This document shows, one piece after another, positions 8,899 through 17,536 of a stretch of DNA of 20,320 bases (its first letter is position 1; every line of letters starts with the position of its first letter). Both the position numbers and the translations under genes were made by a program. The notes beneath the pieces are model-generated. The model was not told the origin of the DNA. It ran no database searches and was given only the letters and a program-made list of their open reading frames with translations. Origin of the DNA: Chthonomonadales bacterium (GTDB lineage: Bacteria > Armatimonadota > Chthonomonadetes > Chthonomonadales > Chthonomonadaceae); contig JBBQPO010000088.1 of assembly GCA_038217285.1 (NCBI GenBank), positions 1-20,320 on the forward strand, in the 5' to 3' direction.

Positions 8899-8974
8899 CG
8901 GAATCTCCTTGCAGTGCGGGGTGCCGGCGAGAAATCGTTCCCGAAGGAAAAAGGGAGAACGGGTTTCTCACGCC

Positions 8975-8983
8975 AGTATATCA
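8975..8983 (-). promoter_or_regulatory. Candidate extended -10 promoter for the arc-dop-ubact-prcBA operon
   Basis: Minus strand TGaTATACT about 77 nt upstream of the arc start; no good -35 element. Confidence 0.4.
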
Positions 8984-9101
8984 TAAACTACGCGCATTGA
9001 ATAGCAGAAGTTTCTGACAGCGCGTAACATCCGTCTACTGAAATGGGTCGTACAAATGGGCAGTCCCGTCCCTGCTCGAATGGTCAGGCAACCCCTCGCA
9101 A

Positions 9102-9130
9102 TTGACCGGAAGCCCTGCCTGTGCTATGCT
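9102..9130 (+). promoter_or_regulatory. Candidate sigma70-type promoter for the HEAT-repeat gene
   Basis: TTGACC (9102-9107), 17-bp spacer ending TGc, then TATGCT (9125-9130), 46 nt before the ATG at 9177. Confidence 0.55.
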
Positions 9131-9176
9131 TTACGCAAGAAGGGCCACAGATTAAGTAAGAGAAGGGTCATCGGGC

Positions 9177-10166
9177 ATGGCTTCCAACAACAAGACACAG
9201 CAGAAAATCGAGGGGCTGCAATCGGACGACGTGAAAGTACGCAAGAAAGCTGCGCGCTGGCTGGGCCGCAAAGGAACTTATGACGCCCTGGCTTACCTGC
9301 TGGCCGCACTGAACGACAGCAGTTGGAGCGTCCGCCGCAACGCTGTCGTGGCCCTCGGCAAAATCGGCGAGGCCGAGGTCGTCGAGCCCTTGATCGTAAA
9401 GTTGTCGGACCGCACCGTCAGCGTCAGGCGCGCGGCCATTCAAGCGCTTGGCCGTATACGCGATCCCAGGGCGACCGAAGGTCTGGTCCGCTTGCACGCA
9501 CACGCCCAACTGGGCGCGGACGCGATACAGGCTCTGATCCAGATCGGGGCCTCCGCCCTGCTGATCTGCTGTGATCGGATGCTGAGGGAGAGGACCGGAT
9601 CTGAACCGATGGCAGGCATGGAACCGCCGTCTCGACTCATCCAGGTTGGACCCTCGACCCTACTCATCCGCAGGGATCGGATTCAGTTGCACGATACGGA
9701 ACCACCGTCTCCCTGGATGGCGGCGGCACGTCAGATGATACTGCGGGGAGCGGATCGACTGCTGATCGAGGTGTTGAGCGCGGAGGGCTGGAGTGGGCAG
9801 CAACGCTGGCAGGTTCTGGACTATGTACGCAAAATTCAGGGTTCTCTCCCGTTCTTCGAAGTGTGGAGTCTGACGAAGTTCAGTCGTATCACCGACATAC
9901 CAAGTTGGTGTGAACGGGCGTCTCGCGAGTTGGAACAGCCCGCAGTCCGTTCCGGAAGCAAGCAGATCCTGGACTATATCATGTTGGGTCGTGCCAGCCA
10001 GCGCGACTACGCCACAGAGGGCGAAGAGCTGCTTCGCGCCGCTGGAGGAACGAAAGAATGCGACACGGGCGAGACTCTCTTGCGCGCGGCTGACCGAACG
10101 ATCGAGGCCCCAGGAAATCTTTCGTTCCTCGGTCGCCTACGCCGCTGGTTAAAACAGGAAGATTGA
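9177..10166 (+). CDS. HEAT-repeat (PBS-lyase-like) protein
   Basis: 329 aa. Three repeats: VKVRKKAARWLGRKG, LNDSSWSVRRNAVVALGKIG, LSDRTVSVRRAAIQALGRIRD. C-terminal ELLRAA/TLLRAA motifs. Confidence 0.8.
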   Translation: MASNNKTQQKIEGLQSDDVKVRKKAARWLGRKGTYDALAYLLAALNDSSWSVRRNAVVALGKIGEAEVVEPLIVKLSDRTVSVRRAAIQALGRIRDPRATEGLVRLHAHAQLGADAIQALIQIGASALLICCDRMLRERTGSEPMAGMEPPSRLIQVGPSTLLIRRDRIQLHDTEPPSPWMAAARQMILRGADRLLIEVLSAEGWSGQQRWQVLDYVRKIQGSLPFFEVWSLTKFSRITDIPSWCERASRELEQPAVRSGSKQILDYIMLGRASQRDYATEGEELLRAAGGTKECDTGETLLRAADRTIEAPGNLSFLGRLRRWLKQED

Positions 10167-10175
10167 GAGAGCGCT

Positions 10176-10592
10176 ATGAATATTTCGGAGGAAGCCATCA
10201 TCTGGCGGACACGAGTGCGGTACGCGGAGACCGACCAGATGGGCGTGGTGCATCATGCCAACTATGCCATCTGGTTCGAGGCCGCCCGCAGCGAGTTCTG
10301 CCGCCTCCGGGGCATCGACTACGGACAGATCGAGCGCGAAGGGATGCTGCTCCCCGTCCTGGAACTGCGGGTACGCTACCTGCAACCGGCCCACTACGAG
10401 GACGAGTTGGATGTTCGCACCTGGGTCGTCGAGATTAGGCGCAGCCTTCTGCGCATCCAATACGAGGTCTGGCGCTCTGAAACCAAACTGGCTGAAGGCG
10501 AAACGCTCCAGATGCTCGTGGCGAAGGCCACTTTCAAACCGGTTCGGTTCCCGGCAGAGATGGCCGCCCTGTTCCTGCCACAACCGCGGTGA
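10176..10592 (+). CDS. Acyl-CoA thioesterase, 4HBT/YbgC hot-dog family
   Basis: 138 aa. RVRYAETDQMGVVHHANYAIWFEAAR signature, RYLQPAHYEDEL. Confidence 0.9.
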   Translation: MNISEEAIIWRTRVRYAETDQMGVVHHANYAIWFEAARSEFCRLRGIDYGQIEREGMLLPVLELRVRYLQPAHYEDELDVRTWVVEIRRSLLRIQYEVWRSETKLAEGETLQMLVAKATFKPVRFPAEMAALFLPQPR

Positions 10593-10710
10593 TTATCGAC
10601 TATTCGTGCCCGTCGGTTCAGAGGGCGCAGGCGATGGAGAGACGGGCTGTCTGCCTTCGTTTTCCGCAAAGAGATCTATCGTCATGGCCCTTGTCCTGGA
10701 AGGTAAGAGA

Positions 10711-11481
10711 ATGAAACTGAAATACCTGCCGCTGCTGATTGCCGCCCTGCTGCTGACCGTCCAGGGTGCCGGGGCGGACGAGGTTCTGGTTTCTGCGGCC
10801 TCCTCTCTAACGGACGCGCTCACGGAGGTAGGTGCCGCCTATACACACCTTCATCCGCGCACCACTGTACGGTTCAACTTCGGGGCGTCGGGCCTCCTGC
10901 AGCATCAGATCGCTCAGGGCGCACCGGTGGACGTCTTCTGCCCGGCCTCTCCGAAGGAGATGGATGCGCTGCAAAAGGAGGGCCGTATCGAGACGGCTGG
11001 CCGCATGGACTTTGCCGGGAACCGACTTGTCCTTATCGCTCCGCTCCGGGGTCGATTGCGCGGTTGGAGCGATCTTACCTCCCCGACGATACGGCGAGTC
11101 GCCCTTTCCGATCCCGGCTCGGTTCCTTCGGGCCGTTATGCGCAGGCGACCCTGACGAAGCGCGGACTCTGGGAGGCGGTGAGAGCGAAAGCCGTGTTCG
11201 GCACGAACGTCCGCCAGACGTTGACGTATGTCGCCAATGGCGACGCAGACGCAGGGTTTGTATTCAAGACAGACGCGCTGCACGATGCGGGCAAGGTGCG
11301 GGTCGTGTCGGAAGCGACGCCGGGCAAGGATCACACGCCTATCGTCTACCCGGTCGCAGTCGTTTCCCATGCGCCGAACCGTGTAGTGGCGCAGGACTTC
11401 GTGCTGTTTTTGAAGAGTGCCGCGGCCCGTAAAATTCTGGTGCGTTACGGCTTTACGCTGCCGGTGTCCGGCAAACACTGA
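10711..11481 (+). CDS. modA: Molybdate ABC transporter substrate-binding protein
   Basis: ATG 10711 gives a signal peptide (MKLKYLPLLIAALLL...AGA). Motifs VSAASSLTDA, FNFGASGLL..QI..GAPVDVF, GNRLVL, DPGSVPSGRYA, NVRQTL..V..GDADAGFVFKTDA, PIVYP. Confidence 0.92.
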   Translation: MKLKYLPLLIAALLLTVQGAGADEVLVSAASSLTDALTEVGAAYTHLHPRTTVRFNFGASGLLQHQIAQGAPVDVFCPASPKEMDALQKEGRIETAGRMDFAGNRLVLIAPLRGRLRGWSDLTSPTIRRVALSDPGSVPSGRYAQATLTKRGLWEAVRAKAVFGTNVRQTLTYVANGDADAGFVFKTDALHDAGKVRVVSEATPGKDHTPIVYPVAVVSHAPNRVVAQDFVLFLKSAAARKILVRYGFTLPVSGKH

Positions 11482-12164
11482 TGCCGACCGATCTCTCCCC
11501 CCTGTGGCTCTCGCTCCAGGTCGCCTGCCTCGGGACGGCGCTGATGTTGCCCTTTGGCCTGCTGGCGGCGTGGTGGCTCGGGCAGGGACGCTGGTTCCGG
11601 GGGAAATCGTTGATCGAGACGCTGTTCACGCTGCCCCTGGTCCTGCCGCCGACTGTAGTCGGTTATGGGCTGCTACTGCTGCTCGGACACGGAACCTCTG
11701 TCGGGCGCTGGCTGAACGACAGCGCCGGGCTGCGCCTGCTGTTTACGTGGCAGGGTGCGGCAGTGGCGGCGGCGGTGATGGCGTTTCCGCTATTCGTGCG
11801 CACCGCGACGGCGGCGTTCGCTTCTGTGGACCGGGAGCTGCTGGAAGCCGGGCGAACACTGGGCGCCGGCGAGTTCGACCTCTGGCGGAGCGTGACGATT
11901 CCCCTCGCATATCGCGGGTTGTTGGCTGCTCTGGCGCTCGGTTTTGCGCGGGCCCTCGGCGAGTTCGGCGCGACCCTGATGGTCGCCGGATCGATTCCCG
12001 GACGTACCCAGACCCTCCCGCTCGCCCTCTACGCCTCGGTTCAGGAAGGCCGCGATCACGAGGCGCTGGTCTACACCCTGCTCCTGACCGCGATGGCCTG
12101 CGTCCTGCTGGGAAGCCTCGGGGCCTGGCAGGGTCGCATCGCCACGGCGCGCGGAGAGCGCTGA
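11481..12164 (+). CDS. modB: Molybdate ABC transporter permease
   Basis: 227 aa, TGATG overlap with modA. PLWLSLQVA, LPLVLPPTVVGYGLL, EAA-loop ELLEAGRTLGA, FARALGEFGATLMVAGSIPGRTQTLPLA. Confidence 0.93.
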   Translation: MPTDLSPLWLSLQVACLGTALMLPFGLLAAWWLGQGRWFRGKSLIETLFTLPLVLPPTVVGYGLLLLLGHGTSVGRWLNDSAGLRLLFTWQGAAVAAAVMAFPLFVRTATAAFASVDRELLEAGRTLGAGEFDLWRSVTIPLAYRGLLAALALGFARALGEFGATLMVAGSIPGRTQTLPLALYASVQEGRDHEALVYTLLLTAMACVLLGSLGAWQGRIATARGER

Positions 12165-12171
12165 CAGCCTT

Positions 12172-13875
12172 TCAGAGCGGCACGGCGACGATGATCCTCT
12201 CGCGGGCCGCCCACATCTTCAGGACGACGGGCGCCTGTTTGAGCCAGAATCCAGACTGCCGCGACGACGCCGTTTTGTTGCATCGGCCCCGTGCCTGCAC
12301 GATCGCGCGGCGCTGGTTTTGCACCTCGATGGTCATGACGCGGCGTGACTGATCCTCTAAAGGCGTCCGTACCCGTAACGACCAGATGGAGATGCTGCCG
12401 CGCGCACAGGAGCGATCGTACGAGGCGACACAGTGCCGCATGGCCTTGCCCTCCTCCTGGAGTTGCCGTCGGGAGGTGAGCTCCTGCACCGTCCAGTGGA
12501 GAGCAGGACCGTCCTCCGAATCACCTTGCGTGTAGTCGAGCGGGACGATGTCGGGGCGCGGCTCCCACTCCAGCACGGCTTTGCGAATTTCACGTTGAAG
12601 CTCCTTGTGCCACTCATCGACCCTGCGCAGCAGCGCGGGAACGGTGCGCCCCTTCATGCAGAAACCTGGCTCCGGAATGGCCTGGATCGGAACGCCGTCC
12701 GGCCCCACAATCGGCTGCACGACGAATCGGCGATGGTTCAGAAAATCGATGATCGGGCCGACCTGATCGGGATCGAGCATGGGGTTGTTGACGAAGAAGT
12801 GCAATACGCTCGTCCAGAACTCCTCGTTCTGTTGGGAGGTTCCGAGGCGAGTCGCGATGAGCGCGCGGCACAGGCGCTCATCGGCGCCCAGCGCCTGCGC
12901 CTGTCCCCACCGTAGAGCCGCCTCGACGGGCAGGTCGGCTGGCGCCTGCAGAAAGAGGTGCGCCGCCCGACTGGTCAACGAGATCGGCAGGCCAGCCGTG
13001 CGGATGTTCTTGCCGATGCCGATGTGCCGGAACCACGCCTGATGACGGCGAGCCTCCGATGTCGTTCCTTCGAACCAGGCGGCATCGAGAAACGTGGGAA
13101 CCGGATAGTACGCCAGCAGATGGCGAGCGAGCGAGCCGAACTGACGGTGGGCGTTGTGCGTAGTAGGCTGCCAGTCATCCAGGGACCGCAGCCAGACGGT
13201 ATGATGCCGGGCAAGAGCGAGGAGAGCACCGAGGTAGGTGTTGCCATCCTGGGCTCCGAGGGTCGCCATGACGGGGTCGCAAGCGATCAGGTCTGTACTA
13301 TGCCTCTGCACGGTCAGGAGAAGCTGTAAGAAAGCGCGCCGTGCGGGGCCATCCTTGTCCAGAACGGAAAAGGCGGTATGGATCGCCCGTAGTACCGGAG
13401 AGTGAAGTTCCGAACCTGGGAGGCGTCCCTGATAGATCGCCTGCAGAGTCTCCTCGGGCTTGCGGACGTGACGCCGCCCCTTCTGGAAAGCCTCGGCGGC
13501 GCGTTCCTGCTCGCGCCGCACCGCTTCCTGCTTTCGCTGGTGCGCCGACTTGACTCCCGCCTGCGGGAACCCGTTGCTATCACACCAGGCCACATACTTT
13601 TCCTGGCTTGTAAAGCGCAGATCACGGATATGCTGTCGGAGGGCCGACCCGTCTTTGGCGTCCTCAGCAAGTTTTTGGGCACGCTGGATTTCGCGGCGAC
13701 GCTCCTGCCACGCCTTGTCGAGGGCGCTGCCGAATCCCTGCTCCCGACACCAGACCCGATACGCCGCGACCGACTCTATACCGAGGGCGCAGAGGTGCTT
13801 TTGAAGCTCTCCTTGTGGGGTCGAGGCAGTCGCAGTCAATTTCGTAACGTTCTGTTTGGCGGATTTTGCGGACAT
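12172..13875 (-). CDS. PcfJ-like domain protein with a duplicated N-terminal module
   Basis: 567 aa. C-terminal ELTSRRQLQEEGKAMRHCVASY...SIWSLR...MTIEV...IVQARGRCN is the PcfJ pattern. Central LARHLLAYYPVP.FLD.AW and GRT..ALLR.V.EWH motifs. Confidence 0.8.
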   Translation of the reverse strand: MSAKSAKQNVTKLTATASTPQGELQKHLCALGIESVAAYRVWCREQGFGSALDKAWQERRREIQRAQKLAEDAKDGSALRQHIRDLRFTSQEKYVAWCDSNGFPQAGVKSAHQRKQEAVRREQERAAEAFQKGRRHVRKPEETLQAIYQGRLPGSELHSPVLRAIHTAFSVLDKDGPARRAFLQLLLTVQRHSTDLIACDPVMATLGAQDGNTYLGALLALARHHTVWLRSLDDWQPTTHNAHRQFGSLARHLLAYYPVPTFLDAAWFEGTTSEARRHQAWFRHIGIGKNIRTAGLPISLTSRAAHLFLQAPADLPVEAALRWGQAQALGADERLCRALIATRLGTSQQNEEFWTSVLHFFVNNPMLDPDQVGPIIDFLNHRRFVVQPIVGPDGVPIQAIPEPGFCMKGRTVPALLRRVDEWHKELQREIRKAVLEWEPRPDIVPLDYTQGDSEDGPALHWTVQELTSRRQLQEEGKAMRHCVASYDRSCARGSISIWSLRVRTPLEDQSRRVMTIEVQNQRRAIVQARGRCNKTASSRQSGFWLKQAPVVLKMWAARERIIVAVPL

Positions 13876-14117
13876 AAATGGCTCTCAAGGGAAACGTTTC
13901 CTCTGTATCGTTCCAGAATCTGCGGACACTAAACACGATTAATCCTGTTTGCACCCGGCTCCTATGATACGGTGTGTATACGGTGGCATCGCATAATGAA
14001 GGTAAGTTGAGAAGGTCGTGCCGTTCACAAGCGTCTGCCTGATAGAGGAGCGCGGCTGTAAGGGTGACACTGCACGGGCCATTCCAACCCAATTTGTTCT
14101 TCAGGAGAAGCCCGATT

Positions 14118-14738
14118 ATGTTTCCCGTACAGTTCGTAACGTTCGCGCGGAGTTCACGCCGCGCCGCCAAGGGGTTGAGGGCTGCCGTGCGCCAGGCTGC
14201 GTCGGCTCGCCCGGTGAGCCTCCTCGCCGTGCCCGCAGCGCTCTGGACGCTGACGCTCTTCGGATGTGGCTCCGGCACCAGCGGCACTCCGGCAGGCGCT
14301 CCCGGCGGCGCCCCCCCCAGCGATAGCCTTATCATTAGCGGCCTGACGGCGAACACCACCATAGCGAAGAACGGCGCGTTCGTCGGCACGGCGCACGCCG
14401 ACAACTTCGGAGGGCAGTACTCCTTCGCCATCATTAAGGATCCGAAGGCATCCCCAGTGACCGAATTCTCCGGTGATATCTTTGTGACCTCCCCAAAAGT
14501 GGGTCAGACAATTGATCTGGCGAACGCCGCGCAAGGCAACCTGGCCTACCAGGAGAGCGGCAGTCTGTTCTACCTGGCGACCAGCGGCACGGAATCAATC
14601 GATGCCGTGAGCAGCACCTCCATTTCGATCACGTTCCATAACGCGCGGTTCCAGCCGCAGGCGGGTGGTACGGGTCCAGGAGCAACCGGTGAATTCACAC
14701 TCAACGGTACCGTCACTGCCCCCGTCACCAATCACTAA
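14118..14738 (+). CDS. Hypothetical lipoprotein
   Basis: ATG 14118 after AGGAG. Long basic n-region, hydrophobic stretch, lipobox LFG-C, Gly/Pro linker, then a beta-rich domain ending GATGEFTLNGTV. Confidence 0.7.
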   Translation: MFPVQFVTFARSSRRAAKGLRAAVRQAASARPVSLLAVPAALWTLTLFGCGSGTSGTPAGAPGGAPPSDSLIISGLTANTTIAKNGAFVGTAHADNFGGQYSFAIIKDPKASPVTEFSGDIFVTSPKVGQTIDLANAAQGNLAYQESGSLFYLATSGTESIDAVSSTSISITFHNARFQPQAGGTGPGATGEFTLNGTVTAPVTNH

Positions 14739-14833
14739 GGCAACTCCCAAGAATTACCGCTCCACATTCGAGCCCCTTCTGAACTCAACCGAGGCGAAAT
14801 TGTGGAGCGATAATAGTTTGGCGGTTCCTAACT

Positions 14834-14860
14834 TAAGAGAAGGGCCGGCGCGCTGGCCCT
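14834..14860 (-). terminator. Probable intrinsic terminator after the PilT-like gene
   Basis: Minus strand AGGGCCAGC-GC-GCCGGCCCT hairpin (one mismatch) followed by TCTCTT, immediately after the stop codon. Confidence 0.45.
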
Positions 14861-15940
14861 CTACTCTGATTTCAGGGCTGTCTCTGCGTACGGTCCCAGC
14901 CGCTCATGGTCCTCGATATACGTCCAGGCGGTTTCATAGCTGAGAATGCCCTGCCGGTAGCAACGGAGGATCGAATCGTCCATGGTCTGCATTCCCGCGT
15001 CACGGCCCGCCTCGATCCCCAGTGTCAGGTCGGCGGCGTTCTCCGCGATCATCCGGCGCATCTGCGGGGTGCCGAGCAGCACCTCGTTGACGGGGCACCG
15101 CCCCGACTGATCCGCGCGGGGCAGCAGACGCTGCGCGATCACCGCCGCCAGATTCCGGGCTACGGTGCGGCGAATCAGGTCGCGGGGCTCCGGGAAAACT
15201 TCGATGATCCGCCGCACGGCATCCGTCGCCCGCTCCAGATGCAGCGTGGACAGGACGAGGTGCCCCGATTCGGCCAGCGCCAGAGCGTACTGGATGGTCT
15301 CCAGGTCGCGCATTTCGCTGATGAGCACGACGTCCACATCCTCGCGAAAGGCGGAAAGCGCGCCCAACCGGAAGCTCGACACATCCTGGCCGATACTGCG
15401 CTGGGTGATGAGGCTCCGTTTGCTGACCATCTCGTACTCGATGGGATCCTCCAGCGTCAGAATACGCCGCGGCATCAACCGATTGATCCTCTCCAACAGG
15501 GCAGCGCAGGTGGTATTTCTGCCGCTGCCGGTCGGCCCCGTCAGCAGCACCAGCCCGCGCGGCAGTTCCGTCAGGGCTTCCAGAGTGCCGCGGATCCCGT
15601 TCGAATCGGGATAGAGTTGCTCTAGCGATGGCGGGTTCTGCGGCACGGGCCGGATGGCGCAGGCCAGTCGCCCCCGCTCGTAGTAGAGATGGTAGCGATA
15701 AGAGCGCCCCTCGCGCCGCACAGAGACCTCGACGTCCTGTCGATCCGACACCAGGCGCGACTTCTGGTCCTCCGAGAGCGGCGAGAGCAGGAGCGCGCTA
15801 AGCGCCTCCTCTTCCATCGCCTCCCCCTCTCTCCGCACTAGCGCGCCGTCGATCCGAAAGACCGGAGTCTGGCCCGCGACCAGGTGCAGATCCGATCCAT
15901 GCCGCTCCGCCAGTTCCGTTAACAGCGTATTCAGTTCCAT
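14861..15940 (-). CDS. PilT/PilU-family ATPase with a degenerate Walker A motif
   Basis: ATG 15940 behind AAGGAG. GSDLHLVAG..PVFRIDG, GLVLLTGPTGSGRNTT, Asp box ILTLEDPIEY, REDVDVVLISEMRD, His box GHLVLSTLH, GMQTMD. Confidence 0.88.
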   Translation of the reverse strand: MELNTLLTELAERHGSDLHLVAGQTPVFRIDGALVRREGEAMEEEALSALLLSPLSEDQKSRLVSDRQDVEVSVRREGRSYRYHLYYERGRLACAIRPVPQNPPSLEQLYPDSNGIRGTLEALTELPRGLVLLTGPTGSGRNTTCAALLERINRLMPRRILTLEDPIEYEMVSKRSLITQRSIGQDVSSFRLGALSAFREDVDVVLISEMRDLETIQYALALAESGHLVLSTLHLERATDAVRRIIEVFPEPRDLIRRTVARNLAAVIAQRLLPRADQSGRCPVNEVLLGTPQMRRMIAENAADLTLGIEAGRDAGMQTMDDSILRCYRQGILSYETAWTYIEDHERLGPYAETALKSE

Positions 15941-16027
15941 CTCCAGACTCCTTCTCTCTTGCAGAATGTGGGGCGTGCCCACGCATCATGAAAGGCGCGT
16001 ACTACCCAGGGATCTCCTCCCTGCGAA

Positions 16028-16429
16028 TCACACCAGAACGGACGTCGAGCGGCCAGCGGACGCGTAAGGCAGCAGCGGGGAAGGGCCGGATGGCCCTTCC
16101 TGTCGGCGCACCGACAGTTGGGCGCGCAGAGAGGCGACCTCACCGTGCAGCGATCGGACTTCGGCCTGCAGCCGACGCATCTCCGTGAGGATCTCCGCAA
16201 GGGCCTCGTGGTCGCTCTGCGCCCGGATCTCCTCCCGCACCCCTTCCCATACATCCCCGACCTCGACCAACCAGACGGCGGCCTGCCCACGGAGGAGGCG
16301 CTCCTCCTCCAGCGCCTGGGTGCAGTCCGGGCAGGTTTCCAGATGCGTCCGCACCTGGGTGGCAACGTGCGCGGAAAGCTCCGCGTCCAGCAGGGCAGTA
16401 AGCCGGGTTCGTATTGTCGAGCAGTTCAC
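16028..16429 (-). CDS. Zinc-binding (zf-HC2/ZAS) anti-sigma factor with a coiled-coil tail
   Basis: GTG start overlapping the sigma stop (GTGA). MNC...LTALLDAEL......VRTHLETCPDC (C...HxxxCxxC). Heptad LAEILTEMRRLQAEVRSLHGEVASLRAQL; no transmembrane helix seen. Confidence 0.85.
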   Translation of the reverse strand: MNCSTIRTRLTALLDAELSAHVATQVRTHLETCPDCTQALEEERLLRGQAAVWLVEVGDVWEGVREEIRAQSDHEALAEILTEMRRLQAEVRSLHGEVASLRAQLSVRRQEGPSGPSPLLPYASAGRSTSVLV

Positions 16430-16980
16430 CTCTGTTTGTCCCCTCCTTCGTTCCAAGCGCCGAGTCGCCGCCGCAGCGCCTCCACAGCAAGCCGCTTCCG
16501 GGACGCGACGGTCCCAACCGGGCACTCCAGCGTCCTCGCGATATCCGCATACGAAAGCCCCTCATAGTGGCTCAGCACAAACACGCTGCGCTGCAGCTCC
16601 GGCAGTTCTTGGACCGCGCGGCGCACCGCGTTCGCCAGGGCTCTGGCTTCTGCCTGTTGGTGGAGGCTGCCGCCAGGGGCGGGCAGATCCTCCGCCGTCT
16701 CCAGCGAGAGCGCCGGGGGCGCATCGCGGACGGCATCCAGACAGAGATTGCGTACAACTCGGAGCAGGAAGCAGCCGAGTTGGCCCTCCGGCCGATAGCG
16801 ACTGCGGGCGCGCCAGAGGCGCACAAAGGCCTCCTGGACCACATCCTCGGCAAACGTCCTGTCTGTCGGCAGCATGCGGCGGGCGAACCGCAGCAGGCGC
16901 GGCTGATAGGCGACCACCAGGCATCGAAACGCCTGCATGTCTCCTTCCGCCACGCGCTGCATCAGAATATCCTCGTCCAT
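16426..16980 (-). CDS. ECF RNA polymerase sigma factor
   Basis: DEDILMQRVAEGDMQAF, AEDVVQEAFVRLW, VRNLCLD (region 2); LPELQRSVFVLSHYEGLSYADIARTLECPVGTVASR (region 4). Confidence 0.92.
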   Translation of the reverse strand: MDEDILMQRVAEGDMQAFRCLVVAYQPRLLRFARRMLPTDRTFAEDVVQEAFVRLWRARSRYRPEGQLGCFLLRVVRNLCLDAVRDAPPALSLETAEDLPAPGGSLHQQAEARALANAVRRAVQELPELQRSVFVLSHYEGLSYADIARTLECPVGTVASRKRLAVEALRRRLGAWNEGGDKQR

Positions 16981-17076
16981 CTCCGCCCCCTTCACCCCAT
17001 TAAACGCGCGGAACGCCGCCGCGAATCACTCTATTTTGTAATCTACTCCTTATTTTGCTATCCGTCCTCCTGTCGT

Positions 17077-17250
17077 CACACCGATGGGCATATCTATATG
17101 TTCGTCCTGACTCCCGATAACATCCCCGACCATATCTGTGGGAAGGGGTGCACCTTGATCTCCGGCGCCTGTGCGACAGGCGAGGAGACGCTTGTGCAGG
17201 CATTCTTCACGGCGGGGTACGAGGCTTACATTGCGTCCATGGCCCCCGGA
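17077..17250 (+). pseudogene. Fragment of a caspase/CHAT-fold-like gene
   Basis: Protein-like stretch VLTPDNIPDHICGKGCTLISGACATGEETLVQAFFTAGYEAYIAS resembles the CHAT-type SACxTG...LAxAFLxAGxxAxxA pattern. No convincing start, and it runs into AT-rich non-coding-looking DNA. Confidence 0.35.
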
Positions 17251-17536
17251 TGTGTAAAAAACGCCTTAACCTATTCGTCTGTTCCACGTTTGGGGCATCA
17301 GAAGCCAAAAAAAAAACTGAAAAATTATTCCAATTCGATATTTAGAGAAGGATTCATCTCTATCCCTGTTGAATTTTCGCACGACGGACGGATTTACGAG
17401 CTTTGCGTCGGCTATATATTCCTGATTGCTGAAACCGACAACACGACAGAGTATCCTGATAGAGGGTGCGAGTCAATACTGCTTCCAGTCTTCACACGAA
17501 CTCTACAACGTCCAACAAAAACAAAGGAGAACGAGG

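Noticed and set aside
804-9000. Long plus-strand ORFs 804..2216, 3554..5293, 5488..6246, 6289..7020 and 7372..9000
   Set aside because: Antisense shadows of pafA, prcAB, dop and arc, expected from GC-rich codon bias; no recognisable motifs.
10255-10710. N-terminal extension of ModA (408-aa ORF)
   Set aside because: It overlaps the thioesterase gene; the signal peptide begins at ATG 10711.
10593-10710. Moco riboswitch or ModE box upstream of modA
   Set aside because: Only a short GCCCGTC/GACGGGC inverted repeat is visible and I cannot match either consensus. An Rfam covariance search would settle it.
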